Positions 36,750-47,172 are shown, numbered from the stretch's first letter. The stretch: 64,000 bases of DNA from Escherichia coli (GCF_013122565.1 NZ_CP053258.1); one strand, 5' to 3'. Notes: generated from the sequence alone by a model not told the origin. Made by a program: numbers and translations.

Positions 36750-37772
36750 TCAGAAAGTAATTACACCCTTAATCAACTCACGATTGTTAATCACATCGCG
36801 CTCGTAGGTTTCTGCCAGCGTGGCGAACGGGTAGCGATGGGTTAACATCATGTCGGCAGTGATTTTTCCTTCCGCCATCAGTCGACCGACTTTAGCGAAA
36901 TCTTCCGGCGTGGCGTTGCGGCTGCCCATCATCGTCGTTTCTTTTTTATGGAATTCCGGATCGGAGAACTGCAACTCACCTTTAAACAGACCGACAAATA
37001 CCACCGTGCCGCCGTGACGAATCAGATTCACGGTGTTATTCATCGCATGTTGATTACCTGTCGCGTCGATCACTTTCTGCGCCAGCGAACCACCAAACTG
37101 CGCCCGCAGCTGCGCGTCAAAATCTTCGGCTGACGGGTCCAGCACGGGCAACTCCAGACGCGTTGCCACATGTTCACGGCGCGCCGGACTGGTATCCGCC
37201 ACCACCACCTGTGCGCCATCAGCTTTAGCGATTGCCGCCGCGCCCAGACCGATTGGCCCCGCCCCGACCACCAGCACCTGCTCGCCGGGAGCAATGGCTG
37301 CGCGACGCACCGCATGAGCGCTAATAGCGAAAGGTTCAATCAATGCTGCCGCCTGCGGGTCAATACCATCTGCGGGCAAAATGTTCGCCACCGGCACGCT
37401 CAAATACTCACTAAAACCGCCATCCTGATGCACGCCAATGACTGAAATTTTTTCACAGCAATTGGTACGACCGCTTTTACACGCCGGGCATTGCTGACAG
37501 GCAACATAAGGGATCACAGCAACTTGCTGACCATTTTTAAGATCAGCAATATTTTTACCCAGCCCAACAATCTCCCCACATATTTCATGGCCTAAAACAC
37601 GTGGATAACTAAAAAATGGTTGATTTCCACCCCAGGCATGAATATCGGTACCGCAAATCCCGACAGACTTAATTTTTATTAATGCTTCATTGTCACCCGG
37701 AATAGGTATCTCACGTTGTTTCCAGACTAATTCTTTCGGCTGCTGGCAAATTAAAACATTCATTGTAGACAT
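36750..37772 (-). CDS. lgoD: L-galactonate 5-dehydrogenase LgoD (Zn-dependent MDR family)
   Basis: Zn-ADH motif GHEICGEIV and Rossmann GAGPIGLG; internal ATG gives 340 aa. Confidence 0.85.
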   Translation of the reverse strand: MSTMNVLICQQPKELVWKQREIPIPGDNEALIKIKSVGICGTDIHAWGGNQPFFSYPRVLGHEICGEIVGLGKNIADLKNGQQVAVIPYVACQQCPACKSGRTNCCEKISVIGVHQDGGFSEYLSVPVANILPADGIDPQAAALIEPFAISAHAVRRAAIAPGEQVLVVGAGPIGLGAAAIAKADGAQVVVADTSPARREHVATRLELPVLDPSAEDFDAQLRAQFGGSLAQKVIDATGNQHAMNNTVNLIRHGGTVVFVGLFKGELQFSDPEFHKKETTMMGSRNATPEDFAKVGRLMAEGKITADMMLTHRYPFATLAETYERDVINNRELIKGVITF

Positions 37773-37910
37773 GATTCGGCTCTCCATTTTTTGTTGCCTT
37801 AGATATCAATGAAAATGAAAAATGGCAGCGGAACGGAAAATCTGTTTTGTGAAAACACACGCATAAAAATGTTTTAAATCGGGTTTTAATGGACTCACAA
37901 GGAGGAAAAT

Positions 37911-38825
37911 ATGAGTCGTTCACAAAATTTACGCCACAATGTGATTAACCAGGTCATTGATGATATGGCGCGGGGTCATATCCCTTCCCCACTTCCATCG
38001 CAAAGTGCGCTGGCGGAAATGTACAACATCAGCCGCACCACAGTGCGTCATATTCTCAGCCACTTACGCGAATGCGGCGTCTTAACGCAGGTTGGAAACG
38101 ACTATGTTATTGCGCGTAAACCTGACCATGATGACGGTTTCGCCTGTACTACCGCTTCAATGAGTGAACAAAACAAAGTGTTTGAGCAGGCTTTTTTCAC
38201 GATGATAAACCAGCGTCAGTTACGCCCTGGGGAAACTTTTTCTGAACTGCAACTGGCTCGGGCCGCGGGTGTCAGCCCGGTTGTAGTAAGAGAATATCTT
38301 TTAAAATTCGGCCGTTATAATCTTATTCAAAGCGAAAAGCGCGGCCAGTGGAGCATGAAGCAATTCGATCAATCCTACGCCGAGCAGCTGTTTGAGCTAC
38401 GCGAAATGCTCGAAACACATTCACTTCAGCACTTTCTCAACCTGCCTGATCATGATCCCCGCTGGCTGCAGGCGAAAACCATGCTCGAACGTCATCGGCT
38501 ACTGCGTGACAACATCGGCAATAGCTTTCGCATGTTCTCGCAACTTGACAGAGATTTTCACTCCTTACTGCTTTCAGCTGCCGACAATATCTTTTTTGAT
38601 CAATCGCTTGAGATCATCTCAGTCATCTTTCATTTTCACTATCAATGGGACGAAAGCGATCTTAAACAGCGCAATATCATTGCCGTCGATGAGCATATGA
38701 CCATTCTCAGCGCTCTGATTTGCCGCAGTGACCTTGATGCCACCCTTGCGCTCCGTAACCATTTGAATTCAGCTAAACAATCAATGATTCGATCCATTAA
38801 TGAGAACACGCGTTATGCTCATTAA
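37911..38825 (+). CDS. lgoR: GntR/FadR-family regulator LgoR (YjjM)
   Basis: N-terminal GntR HTH (AEMYNISRTTVRHIL); 304 aa; synteny. Confidence 0.85.
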   Translation: MSRSQNLRHNVINQVIDDMARGHIPSPLPSQSALAEMYNISRTTVRHILSHLRECGVLTQVGNDYVIARKPDHDDGFACTTASMSEQNKVFEQAFFTMINQRQLRPGETFSELQLARAAGVSPVVVREYLLKFGRYNLIQSEKRGQWSMKQFDQSYAEQLFELREMLETHSLQHFLNLPDHDPRWLQAKTMLERHRLLRDNIGNSFRMFSQLDRDFHSLLLSAADNIFFDQSLEIISVIFHFHYQWDESDLKQRNIIAVDEHMTILSALICRSDLDATLALRNHLNSAKQSMIRSINENTRYAH

Positions 38826-39039
38826 GTACGGATTAAAAACAGCAAACTATTAGCGGGTGCACGGTTTTATCAAAAGATAAATACCGGGAAATTCCCGCTT
38901 ACCTATGCTCACAATCAGTCGACTAAAAATGTTTTTGTGAGCGGTAGTAAAGTCCTAAAACTTTAACCTGCCGTTAATGTCAACCTTGCGTAATGCACAA
39001 TTACGTAAACAATTAAAATTATAAATACAGGAGTCCGGC

Positions 39040-40401
39040 GTGGAAAAAGAAAATATCACCCTCGATCCGCGTTCTTCATTTACTCCATCTTCGTCGGCAG
39101 ATATTCCCGTGCCACCAGATGGATTAGTTCAACGCAGTACCCGAATTAAACGCATTCAAACCACCGCCATGTTGTTATTATTTTTTGCGGCGGTAATCAA
39201 TTATCTCGACCGCAGTTCGCTGTCAGTAGCAAATTTAACGATTCGTGAAGAATTGGGATTAAGTGCCACCGAAATCGGCGCTTTGCTCTCCGTGTTTTCA
39301 CTCGCTTACGGGATTGCGCAACTTCCTTGCGGCCCACTATTGGATCGTAAAGGCCCACGCCTGATGCTGGGACTGGGGATGTTCTTCTGGTCACTGTTCC
39401 AGGCAATGTCTGGCATGGTGCACAGCTTTACGCAGTTCGTGTTGGTGCGTATCGGTATGGGGATTGGTGAAGCGCCGATGAACCCATGCGGTGTAAAAGT
39501 CATTAACGACTGGTTCAACATCAAAGAGCGCGGACGCCCGATGGGCTTCTTCAACGCAGCTTCTACCATTGGCGTTGCCGTAAGCCCACCGATTCTGGCG
39601 GCGATGATGCTGGTGATGGGCTGGGGCGGGATGTTTATTACCATTGGTGTACTGGGGATTTTTCTCGCCATCGGCTGGTATATGCTCTATCGCAACCGCG
39701 AGCACGTAGAACTGACTGCCGTTGAACAAGCTTATCTCAATGCAGGTAGCGTCAATGCCCGCCGAGATCCGCTCAGTTTTGCCGAATGGCGCAGCTTGTT
39801 CCGTAACCGCACAATGTGGGGAATGATGCTCGGATTCAGTGGCATCAACTACACTGCGTGGCTGTATCTGGCCTGGCTTCCTGGTTACCTGCAAACAGCC
39901 TATAACCTGGATTTAAAAAGCACAGGGTTGATGGCGGCTATCCCTTTCCTGTTTGGGGCTGCCGGGATGCTGGTCAACGGTTACGTTACTGACTGGCTGG
40001 TCAAAGGGGGAATGGCTCCGATTAAAAGCCGTAAGATCTGCATTATTGCCGGGATGTTCTGTTCTGCCGCCTTTACGCTGATAGTACCACAAGCGACAAC
40101 ATCCATGACGGCGGTTCTGCTGATTGGCATGGCACTGTTCTGTATTCACTTTGCCGGAACATCCTGCTGGGGCTTGATCCACGTCGCAGTTGCTTCTCGC
40201 ATGACTGCGTCGGTGGGCAGTATCCAGAACTTTGCCAGCTTCATCTGCGCCTCTTTCGCGCCGATCATTACTGGTTTTATTGTTGATACCACCCACTCAT
40301 TCCGTCTGGCACTAATCATCTGCGGTTGCGTCACCGCAGCGGGGGCACTGGCATACATCTTCCTGGTTCGTCAGCCGATCAACGACCCACGTAAAGATTA
40401 A
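39040..40401 (+). CDS. lgoT: MFS L-galactonate:H+ symporter LgoT (YjjL)
   Basis: 453 aa, about 12 TM segments, MFS signature; synteny. Confidence 0.85.
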   Translation: MEKENITLDPRSSFTPSSSADIPVPPDGLVQRSTRIKRIQTTAMLLLFFAAVINYLDRSSLSVANLTIREELGLSATEIGALLSVFSLAYGIAQLPCGPLLDRKGPRLMLGLGMFFWSLFQAMSGMVHSFTQFVLVRIGMGIGEAPMNPCGVKVINDWFNIKERGRPMGFFNAASTIGVAVSPPILAAMMLVMGWGGMFITIGVLGIFLAIGWYMLYRNREHVELTAVEQAYLNAGSVNARRDPLSFAEWRSLFRNRTMWGMMLGFSGINYTAWLYLAWLPGYLQTAYNLDLKSTGLMAAIPFLFGAAGMLVNGYVTDWLVKGGMAPIKSRKICIIAGMFCSAAFTLIVPQATTSMTAVLLIGMALFCIHFAGTSCWGLIHVAVASRMTASVGSIQNFASFICASFAPIITGFIVDTTHSFRLALIICGCVTAAGALAYIFLVRQPINDPRKD

Positions 40402-40449
40402 TCTCCTTATGCCCGATAACATTTTGCTTATCGGGCATTTTCATGGCGA

Positions 40450-42114
40450 TTAAAATGTTTCCCAGTTCTCCTCGCTATCTGCCACGGCCATTTTACGCGG
40501 CGTAGCTGGCGTCACGGTTTTTACTACAGCCGATGTTTCACGCTGCTGTTGCTGCTGTTGCTGAATTCGGAACACTGCCACTGCTTCGGTCAGGCGACTG
40601 GCCTGCTCTTCCAGCGCGGCGGCGGCGGCGGCAGATTCTTCCACCAGCGCGGCGTTCTGTTGAGTTACCCGGTCCATCTCAGCAACCGCTAAGCCAACCT
40701 GATCGATACCACGGCTCTGCTCATCAGAAGCAGAAGCTATTTCGCCCATAATGTCCGTCACGCGGGTCACGGCACTGACAATCTCCGCCATTGTTTCCCC
40801 GGCGCTTTCGACCAGCGTAGAGCCAACATCCACTTTCCCCACCGAGTCTTCAATCAGGCTTTTAATTTCACGAGCCGCCTGGGCGCTGCGCTGGGCCAGA
40901 TTACGCACTTCTCCCGCGACCACCGCAAAACCGCGCCCTTGCTCACCCGCACGCGCAGCCTCAACCGCGGCGTTCAAAGCCAGAATATTGGTCTGGAAGG
41001 CAATGCCGTCAATTACGCTGATAATATCGGCGATTTTCTGCGAACTGGTGGAGATATCGCGCATAGTCTGCACCACGTTATCTACCACTTTGCCGCCGCG
41101 TTGCGCCGTTTCAGAAGCACTTAATGCCAGATGGCTGGCCTGGCGCGCATTCTCGGCGTTCTGTTTCACCGTTGCGGTCAGTTGCTCCATGCTGGCTGCA
41201 GTCTCTTCCAGCGAAGCGGCCTGTTGCTCGGTGCGCGAAGAGAGATCGTTATTGCCGGTAGCGATTTCGCTGGCACCGCTATAGATGGCATTGGCCCCGT
41301 TGCGCACATCACCGACGGTACGCATCAGCTCTCCCTGCATATGGCGCAAACTCTCAGCCAGTTGCCCCATCTCATTAGAGCCATCCACCTCAATCGGTTT
41401 CACCAGATCGCCGCTTGCAATATGACGAATGCTGTCAATCAGGCGATTCATTGGCGCTACCAACGAGGCTTTAATACCGAACCAGACGGCGAAGATGACC
41501 GCCAGTACGGCGATCATCACGCCCACCAGAATCCACATCGCCTGGCTGTAGGAGGCATGGTTATCGCTGACGGCGATATCATAGAGCCGATCGTTTTGCT
41601 CCATGTAAGCCACATACTGCTTCTCGAAACCGTCCTGATATCCCTGGGTCGGCTGATCAAAGAACTCGTTGATTTTGCCTGCACCTAACAGTTGGATCAG
41701 CTCCGCCAGCGCATTGTGATAAATATCGTAATTACGTTTGATCTCTGCCGCTGCGGCGGTGCTCTGACGCGGGTCACGCGGCAACGCTTCGTAATCCGCC
41801 CAGTTTTTTTCCGCCTGTTTCAGCGAAATACTGGCACTCTGCATCAGCTCAGCAACGGTTGAACCGCTACCAATATTGTTCTGATCCATCATGTAGCGGA
41901 TACCCGCGCGGTTGAGGGTGTTACGCGTCTGCAACAACGCGACCCAGCTGCCATTCAGCGTGGATTGCTGCTGGCGAATGGTTTGTAAAACAGTGAAATT
42001 TTCTTTGTCATTCTTTAAGGCATTAAAGAACAGACCGCCTGATGTCAGTTGTAAAAGGCCAAAAACGGCCAAAACCAGCAGTAAGCTGGTCACGATCTTG
42101 ATACGTTTTAACAT
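40450..42114 (-). CDS. tsr: Methyl-accepting chemotaxis protein I (serine chemoreceptor) Tsr, with expanded poly-Gln tract
   Basis: [27 protein letters not shown] and MCP signalling domains; C-terminal NWETF pentapeptide. Confidence 0.95.
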   Translation of the reverse strand: MLKRIKIVTSLLLVLAVFGLLQLTSGGLFFNALKNDKENFTVLQTIRQQQSTLNGSWVALLQTRNTLNRAGIRYMMDQNNIGSGSTVAELMQSASISLKQAEKNWADYEALPRDPRQSTAAAAEIKRNYDIYHNALAELIQLLGAGKINEFFDQPTQGYQDGFEKQYVAYMEQNDRLYDIAVSDNHASYSQAMWILVGVMIAVLAVIFAVWFGIKASLVAPMNRLIDSIRHIASGDLVKPIEVDGSNEMGQLAESLRHMQGELMRTVGDVRNGANAIYSGASEIATGNNDLSSRTEQQAASLEETAASMEQLTATVKQNAENARQASHLALSASETAQRGGKVVDNVVQTMRDISTSSQKIADIISVIDGIAFQTNILALNAAVEAARAGEQGRGFAVVAGEVRNLAQRSAQAAREIKSLIEDSVGKVDVGSTLVESAGETMAEIVSAVTRVTDIMGEIASASDEQSRGIDQVGLAVAEMDRVTQQNAALVEESAAAAAALEEQASRLTEAVAVFRIQQQQQQQRETSAVVKTVTPATPRKMAVADSEENWETF

Positions 42115-42144
42115 GGTTTCTCTTTCCTGTGGACCGATGCAAGA

Positions 42145-42171
42145 TTTTCGGCCTGAAATGAGAAAACTTTA
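42145..42171 (-). promoter_or_regulatory. Sigma28 (FliA)-type promoter for tsr: TAAA-N15-GCCGAAAA
   Basis: Minus-strand TAAA (42171..42168), 15-nt spacer, GCCGAAAA (42152..42145), one mismatch to the GCCGATAA consensus; about 30 bp upstream of the tsr ATG. Confidence 0.55.
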
Positions 42172-42341
42172 TAGGTAGCGACTTGAAACTGGTTAATTTT
42201 ACCTCACTTTTTTAATTTTTGTTCAAAAATACAATAACCACTTATTGATACATTTTCTTTTCTTATTTTTTTCACACGAATTGTATCTATTTTGAACGAA
42301 ATATTTTATAGAGTGTGGAATTTTAAGAAAGGACATCTGAA

Positions 42342-42884
42342 ATGTTAAACCGTGACTTCGATCATCTCTCAACGCTATTACATCTCTTTTTTGAACGTGA
42401 GGATATTTGCCAAAAGCTTAATATTATTGACCAAAACAATATCACCGGTTGGGAAGTGTGGTTCCAGGTAGAGTTTGCTAATATGCTCTGCTCAACAGAC
42501 CATGAATGGTGGCGTGAACAAGCACTTTCCTGTGATATGCGCAAAAAACCTGAGCGCCCGACACTACGCACAGATTTCTTACTACGTAAAAAAGGCTGGG
42601 CACAAGATAGCTATATCGCGCTTGAAATAAAACAAAACAGAGACGCGACCAGTTGTGTTAAAAATATGATCGCAGACTTAGAAAAAAGCGCAAAAATAAA
42701 ACGTTCCGAACTCGATTTACGCAGTTTCTGGACCTTGGGTATCACCCCTATGATAGACAGGGAAAGGCTGGACTCTCTCATCGATTGCTATTTAGATGAG
42801 AAATTTTATCTTACTAAATCTCGTAAAAAACACGTTTTACTTAAAGAAATAAATAACACACCATATTGCTATATTGTTATTTAA
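42342..42884 (+). CDS. Hypothetical 180-aa protein, AT-rich, with PD-(D/E)xK-like motif arrangement
   Basis: SD AAGGA 8 nt upstream of ATG; candidate motifs E (WEVWFQVEF), D (LRTDFLL), ExK (IALEIKQ); low GC versus flanking genes. Confidence 0.5.
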   Translation: MLNRDFDHLSTLLHLFFEREDICQKLNIIDQNNITGWEVWFQVEFANMLCSTDHEWWREQALSCDMRKKPERPTLRTDFLLRKKGWAQDSYIALEIKQNRDATSCVKNMIADLEKSAKIKRSELDLRSFWTLGITPMIDRERLDSLIDCYLDEKFYLTKSRKKHVLLKEINNTPYCYIVI

Positions 42885-42992
42885 TATTTATAGCATGAAT
42901 ATAATTTTTAAATGAGTTACACAACCGAGGGCTAAAAATCGCTTCGGTTGTGATCATCATCACATAAATAACCTTCATAAACCTTGCTCAAA

Positions 42993-43020
42993 ACCGCTCA
43001 ACCGCAAAACTGACCGCTTA
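42993..43020. promoter_or_regulatory. Putative BtsR (YehT) binding site: direct repeat ACCGCTCA-N12-ACCGCTTA upstream of btsT
   Basis: Two copies of ACC(G)CT(C/T)A about 160 bp upstream of the btsT start, matching the recalled LytTR direct-repeat motif. Confidence 0.5.
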
Positions 43021-43176
43021 CGTCCCTAAAATAACCACTCAGTTATTTACCTTACTTTACGCGCGCGTAACTCTGGCAACATCACTGCAGGATAGCGGTC
43101 AATTTACCTCCTCAAACGCAACGCAAACCTAGAACGGCTTCGGCCAACTATTAATCAATACATGCCAGGTTTTACT

Positions 43177-45327
43177 ATGGATACTAAAAAGATATTCAAG
43201 CACATACCCTGGGTGATTCTCGGAATCATCGGTGCATTCTGCCTCGCGGTAGTTGCATTACGTCGGGGGGAGCACGTCAGCGCCCTGTGGATCGTGGTCG
43301 CCTCTGTGTCGGTGTATCTGGTGGCGTATCGCTACTACAGTTTGTACATCGCCCAGAAGGTGATGAAACTCGACCCCACGCGCGCGACGCCTGCGGTTAT
43401 TAACAACGACGGTCTGAACTACGTTCCGACCAACCGTTACGTGTTGTTTGGTCACCACTTCGCCGCTATCGCCGGTGCTGGTCCGCTGGTTGGTCCGGTT
43501 CTCGCCGCGCAGATGGGCTACTTGCCTGGCACGCTGTGGCTGCTGGCGGGGGTAGTGCTGGCCGGTGCGGTACAGGACTTTATGGTGCTGTTTATCTCCT
43601 CTCGCCGTAACGGCGCATCTCTCGGTGAGATGATCAAAGAAGAGATGGGACCAGTACCGGGGACTATCGCGCTGTTTGGCTGTTTCTTAATCATGATCAT
43701 CATCCTCGCCGTCCTGGCGCTGATTGTGGTTAAAGCCCTGGCCGAAAGTCCGTGGGGTGTCTTCACCGTTTGCTCAACCGTACCGATTGCGCTGTTTATG
43801 GGTATCTACATGCGCTTTATCCGTCCGGGGCGTGTGGGTGAAGTCTCTGTCATTGGTATCGTGCTGCTGGTTGCCTCTATCTACTTCGGTGGCGTGATTG
43901 CTCACGATCCGTACTGGGGTCCGGCACTGACCTTTAAAGACACCACCATTACCTTCGCGCTGATTGGCTATGCGTTTGTTTCCGCACTGCTGCCGGTGTG
44001 GCTGATCCTCGCGCCGCGCGACTATCTGGCAACCTTCCTGAAAATCGGCGTTATCGTCGGCCTGGCGCTGGGTATCGTGGTGCTGAACCCGGAACTGAAA
44101 ATGCCTGCGATGACCCAGTACATTGACGGTACTGGCCCGCTGTGGAAAGGCGCTTTGTTCCCGTTCCTGTTCATCACCATCGCCTGTGGTGCGGTATCTG
44201 GCTTCCACGCGCTGATCTCTTCCGGTACAACGCCGAAACTGCTGGCTAACGAAACCGACGCGCGTTTCATTGGCTACGGCGCAATGCTGATGGAGTCCTT
44301 CGTGGCGATTATGGCGCTGGTTGCAGCGTCCATCATCGAACCGGGTCTTTACTTCGCGATGAATACCCCGCCTGCTGGCCTTGGCATCACCATGCCTAAC
44401 CTGCATGAAATGGGTGGCGAGAACGCGCCGATCATCATGGCGCAGCTGAAAGACGTTACCGCACACGCGGCAGCGACCGTCAGCTCCTGGGGCTTCGTGA
44501 TTTCGCCAGAGCAGATCCTGCAAACCGCGAAAGACATTGGTGAGCCTTCTGTCCTGAACCGTGCAGGTGGTGCGCCGACGCTGGCGGTAGGTATCGCTCA
44601 TGTGTTCCACAAAGTGCTGCCGATGGCTGACATGGGCTTCTGGTATCACTTCGGTATTCTGTTCGAAGCCCTGTTCATCCTGACCGCGCTGGATGCGGGT
44701 ACCCGTTCTGGCCGCTTTATGCTGCAAGACCTGCTGGGTAACTTCATCCCGTTCCTGAAAAAAACCGACTCTCTGGTTGCTGGTATCATCGGTACTGCGG
44801 GCTGTGTGGGTCTGTGGGGCTACCTGCTGTATCAGGGCGTGGTCGATCCGCTGGGCGGCGTTAAGAGCCTGTGGCCGCTGTTCGGTATTTCCAACCAGAT
44901 GCTGGCAGCCGTAGCGCTGGTACTGGGCACCGTTGTGCTGATTAAGATGAAGCGCACCCAATACATCTGGGTAACTGTTGTTCCGGCTGTATGGCTGCTT
45001 ATCTGCACCACCTGGGCGCTGGGTCTGAAACTGTTCAGCACCAACCCGCAGATGGAAGGCTTCTTCTACATGGCAAGCCAGTACAAAGAGAAGATTGCTA
45101 ACGGTACTGACCTGACGGCGCAGCAGATTGCCAACATGAACCACATCGTTGTGAATAACTACACCAACGCAGGCCTGAGTATTCTGTTCCTGATTGTGGT
45201 GTACAGCATCATCTTCTACGGTTTCAAAACCTGGCTTGCGGTGCGTAACAGCGACAAACGTACTGACAAAGAAACTCCGTACGTTCCAATCCCGGAAGGC
45301 GGCGTGAAGATCTCTTCGCACCACTAA
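43177..45327 (+). CDS. btsT: Pyruvate/H+ symporter BtsT (YjiY), CstA family, 716 aa
   Basis: MDTKKIFKHIPWVILGIIGAFCLAVV; CstA-family multi-TM; ORF track extends to 43162. Confidence 0.9.
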   Translation: MDTKKIFKHIPWVILGIIGAFCLAVVALRRGEHVSALWIVVASVSVYLVAYRYYSLYIAQKVMKLDPTRATPAVINNDGLNYVPTNRYVLFGHHFAAIAGAGPLVGPVLAAQMGYLPGTLWLLAGVVLAGAVQDFMVLFISSRRNGASLGEMIKEEMGPVPGTIALFGCFLIMIIILAVLALIVVKALAESPWGVFTVCSTVPIALFMGIYMRFIRPGRVGEVSVIGIVLLVASIYFGGVIAHDPYWGPALTFKDTTITFALIGYAFVSALLPVWLILAPRDYLATFLKIGVIVGLALGIVVLNPELKMPAMTQYIDGTGPLWKGALFPFLFITIACGAVSGFHALISSGTTPKLLANETDARFIGYGAMLMESFVAIMALVAASIIEPGLYFAMNTPPAGLGITMPNLHEMGGENAPIIMAQLKDVTAHAAATVSSWGFVISPEQILQTAKDIGEPSVLNRAGGAPTLAVGIAHVFHKVLPMADMGFWYHFGILFEALFILTALDAGTRSGRFMLQDLLGNFIPFLKKTDSLVAGIIGTAGCVGLWGYLLYQGVVDPLGGVKSLWPLFGISNQMLAAVALVLGTVVLIKMKRTQYIWVTVVPAVWLLICTTWALGLKLFSTNPQMEGFFYMASQYKEKIANGTDLTAQQIANMNHIVVNNYTNAGLSILFLIVVYSIIFYGFKTWLAVRNSDKRTDKETPYVPIPEGGVKISSHH

Positions 45328-45376
45328 CCGTGTTTAGCCCCGCTTCGGCGGGGCTTTGTTCTTATCAGAGTGAACT

Positions 45377-45580
45377 ATGTTTGGTAACTTAGGACAGGCA
45401 AAAAAATATCTCGGCCAGGCGGCGAAGATGTTGATTGGCATTCCAGACTACGACAACTACGTCGAGCATATGAAGACCAACCATCCCGATAAGCCGTACA
45501 TGAGCTATGAAGAATTCTTCCGCGAACGCCAGAACGCACGCTACGGCGGCGATGGTAAAGGCGGTATGCGCTGTTGTTAA
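45377..45580 (+). CDS. yjiX: YjiX (DUF466 small protein), 67 aa
   Basis: [58 protein letters not shown]. Confidence 0.85.
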
Positions 45581-45590
45581 TGGAGAGAGC

Positions 45591-46547
45591 ATGAACCCGA
45601 TTGCAGTTACCCTACTCACCGGTTTTTTAGGCGCGGGCAAAACTACCCTGCTGCGCCATATTCTTAACGAACAACACGGCTACAAGATTGCCGTGATTGA
45701 AAACGAATTCGGCGAAGTCTCCGTTGATGATCAACTAATTGGCGACCGCGCCACGCAGATCAAAACGCTGACCAACGGCTGCATCTGCTGTTCGCGCTCC
45801 AACGAGCTGGAAGACGCACTACTCGACCTGCTGGATAATCTCGACAAGGGTAATATTCAGTTCGATCGTCTGGTGATTGAATGCACCGGCATGGCCGATC
45901 CCGGCCCGATTATTCAGACCTTTTTCTCCCATGAGATTTTATGCCAGCGCTACCTGCTGGACGGGGTGATTGCGCTGGTGGATGCGGTACATGCCGATGA
46001 GCAGATGAACCAGTTCACCATCGCCCAGTCCCAGGTTGGCTACGCCGACCGTATTCTGCTGACTAAAACCGACGTCGCAGGCGAAGCAGAAAAACTGCGT
46101 GAACGTCTGGCGCGCATCAACGCCCGCGCACCGGTCTACACCGTTACCCACGGCGACATCGACCTGGGCCTGCTGTTCAACACCAACGGTTTTATGCTGG
46201 AAGAAAACGTCGTCAGCACCAAACCGCGTTTCCACTTTATCGCGGACAAACAAAACGATATTTCGTCGATTGTGGTGGAACTGGATTACCCGGTAGATAT
46301 CAGCGAAGTTTCCCGGGTGATGGAAAACCTGCTGCTGGAATCGGCAGATAAACTGCTGCGTTACAAAGGGATGCTATGGATTGACGGCGAACCTAACCGC
46401 CTGCTGTTCCAGGGCGTCCAGCGCCTCTACAGCGCCGACTGGGACCGCCCGTGGGGCGATGAAAAACCGCATAGCACGATGGTGTTTATTGGGATTCAGC
46501 TGCCGGAGGATGAGATAAGGGCAGCGTTTGCGGGGTTGAGGAAGTAA
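45591..46547 (+). CDS. yjiA: CobW/YjiA-family metal-binding GTPase YjiA, 318 aa
   Basis: MNPIAVTLLTGFLGAGKTTLLRHIL (P-loop); CxCC motif GCICCS. Confidence 0.85.
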   Translation: MNPIAVTLLTGFLGAGKTTLLRHILNEQHGYKIAVIENEFGEVSVDDQLIGDRATQIKTLTNGCICCSRSNELEDALLDLLDNLDKGNIQFDRLVIECTGMADPGPIIQTFFSHEILCQRYLLDGVIALVDAVHADEQMNQFTIAQSQVGYADRILLTKTDVAGEAEKLRERLARINARAPVYTVTHGDIDLGLLFNTNGFMLEENVVSTKPRFHFIADKQNDISSIVVELDYPVDISEVSRVMENLLLESADKLLRYKGMLWIDGEPNRLLFQGVQRLYSADWDRPWGDEKPHSTMVFIGIQLPEDEIRAAFAGLRK

Positions 46548-46558
46548 TTTTGGATGAT

Positions 46559-46589
46559 GGCCGCCATGTGGCGGCCTGAATTATTTTTT
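46559..46589. terminator. Rho-independent terminator after yjiA
   Basis: Hairpin ggccgccatgtggcggcc followed by ttattttttg. Confidence 0.6.
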
Positions 46590-46883
46590 GTTCTGATCGC
46601 GCAGCATCGCTTCACGTAAAATTGCGTTCAGGCGAGTTTGATAGCCTTTACCAGGTCGCTTCAGCCATTCCATCACATCAGCATCAATACGCACCGAAGC
46701 CTGGGTTTTCAATGGCCGATAAAACTTACCGCGTTCTGCGTTAGACCATTGCTCATCGCTGGAAGGAGGGATATCGCTGTAATCAATATCTTCGTCGGAC
46801 TTATTCGCCAGTGCCTTCAGTTCGGCCTCATGCTGCACATCGAGTGTAGAGGAGGTCCCTCGTTTATGTTTAACCATGCTCAT
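46581..46883 (-). CDS. brnA: BrnA-like antitoxin (ribbon-helix-helix, DUF4415 type)
   Basis: DIDYSDIPPSSDEQWSNAERGKFYRPLKTQASVRIDADVMEWLKRPGKGYQTRLNAILREAM; start overlaps brnT 3' end; the 148-aa ORF-track model is an upstream extension. Confidence 0.75.
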   Translation of the reverse strand: MSMVKHKRGTSSTLDVQHEAELKALANKSDEDIDYSDIPPSSDEQWSNAERGKFYRPLKTQASVRIDADVMEWLKRPGKGYQTRLNAILREAMLRDQNKK

Positions 46884-47157
46884 AGCGACTCCTCTCTTTA
46901 CGATCTGCTTTTCGTGCACTGATGATGCGAATAATTTCATTTCCGCTTTCGAAACGGATGGTATGCGCAGCCAGAATAACCACGATACCGTGAACCACGC
47001 CGATAGTCTGCCAGCGATACTCACCATTTTCTATGCGATCTTGCTGTGACAAATGTTGTAGATCATCAAACACTAACACCGCATCTTCAAAGCGGATGCC
47101 ATGTTTCACCCGATTACTTTTGGCCTTGTTTGCATCCCATTCAAACTCCATTGGCAT
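46870..47157 (-). CDS. brnT: BrnT-like toxin (DUF497, RelE-fold ribonuclease)
   Basis: MEFEWDANKAKSNRVKHGIRFEDAVLVFDD signature; exact start (47151/47157/47166) uncertain. Confidence 0.8.
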   Translation of the reverse strand: MPMEFEWDANKAKSNRVKHGIRFEDAVLVFDDLQHLSQQDRIENGEYRWQTIGVVHGIVVILAAHTIRFESGNEIIRIISARKADRKERSRYEHG

Positions 47158-47172
47158 AGTTGCCATCCCTAA

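Noticed and set aside
43774-45324. 516-aa minus-strand ORF antisense to btsT
   Set aside because: Arg/His-rich low-complexity translation antisense to a conserved transporter gene; shadow ORF.
46581-47027. 148-aa ORF-track model for the antitoxin
   Set aside because: Its N-terminal 48 residues overlap brnT in another frame; the BrnA-like domain starts at the internal Met near 46883, so the long form is probably an artefact.
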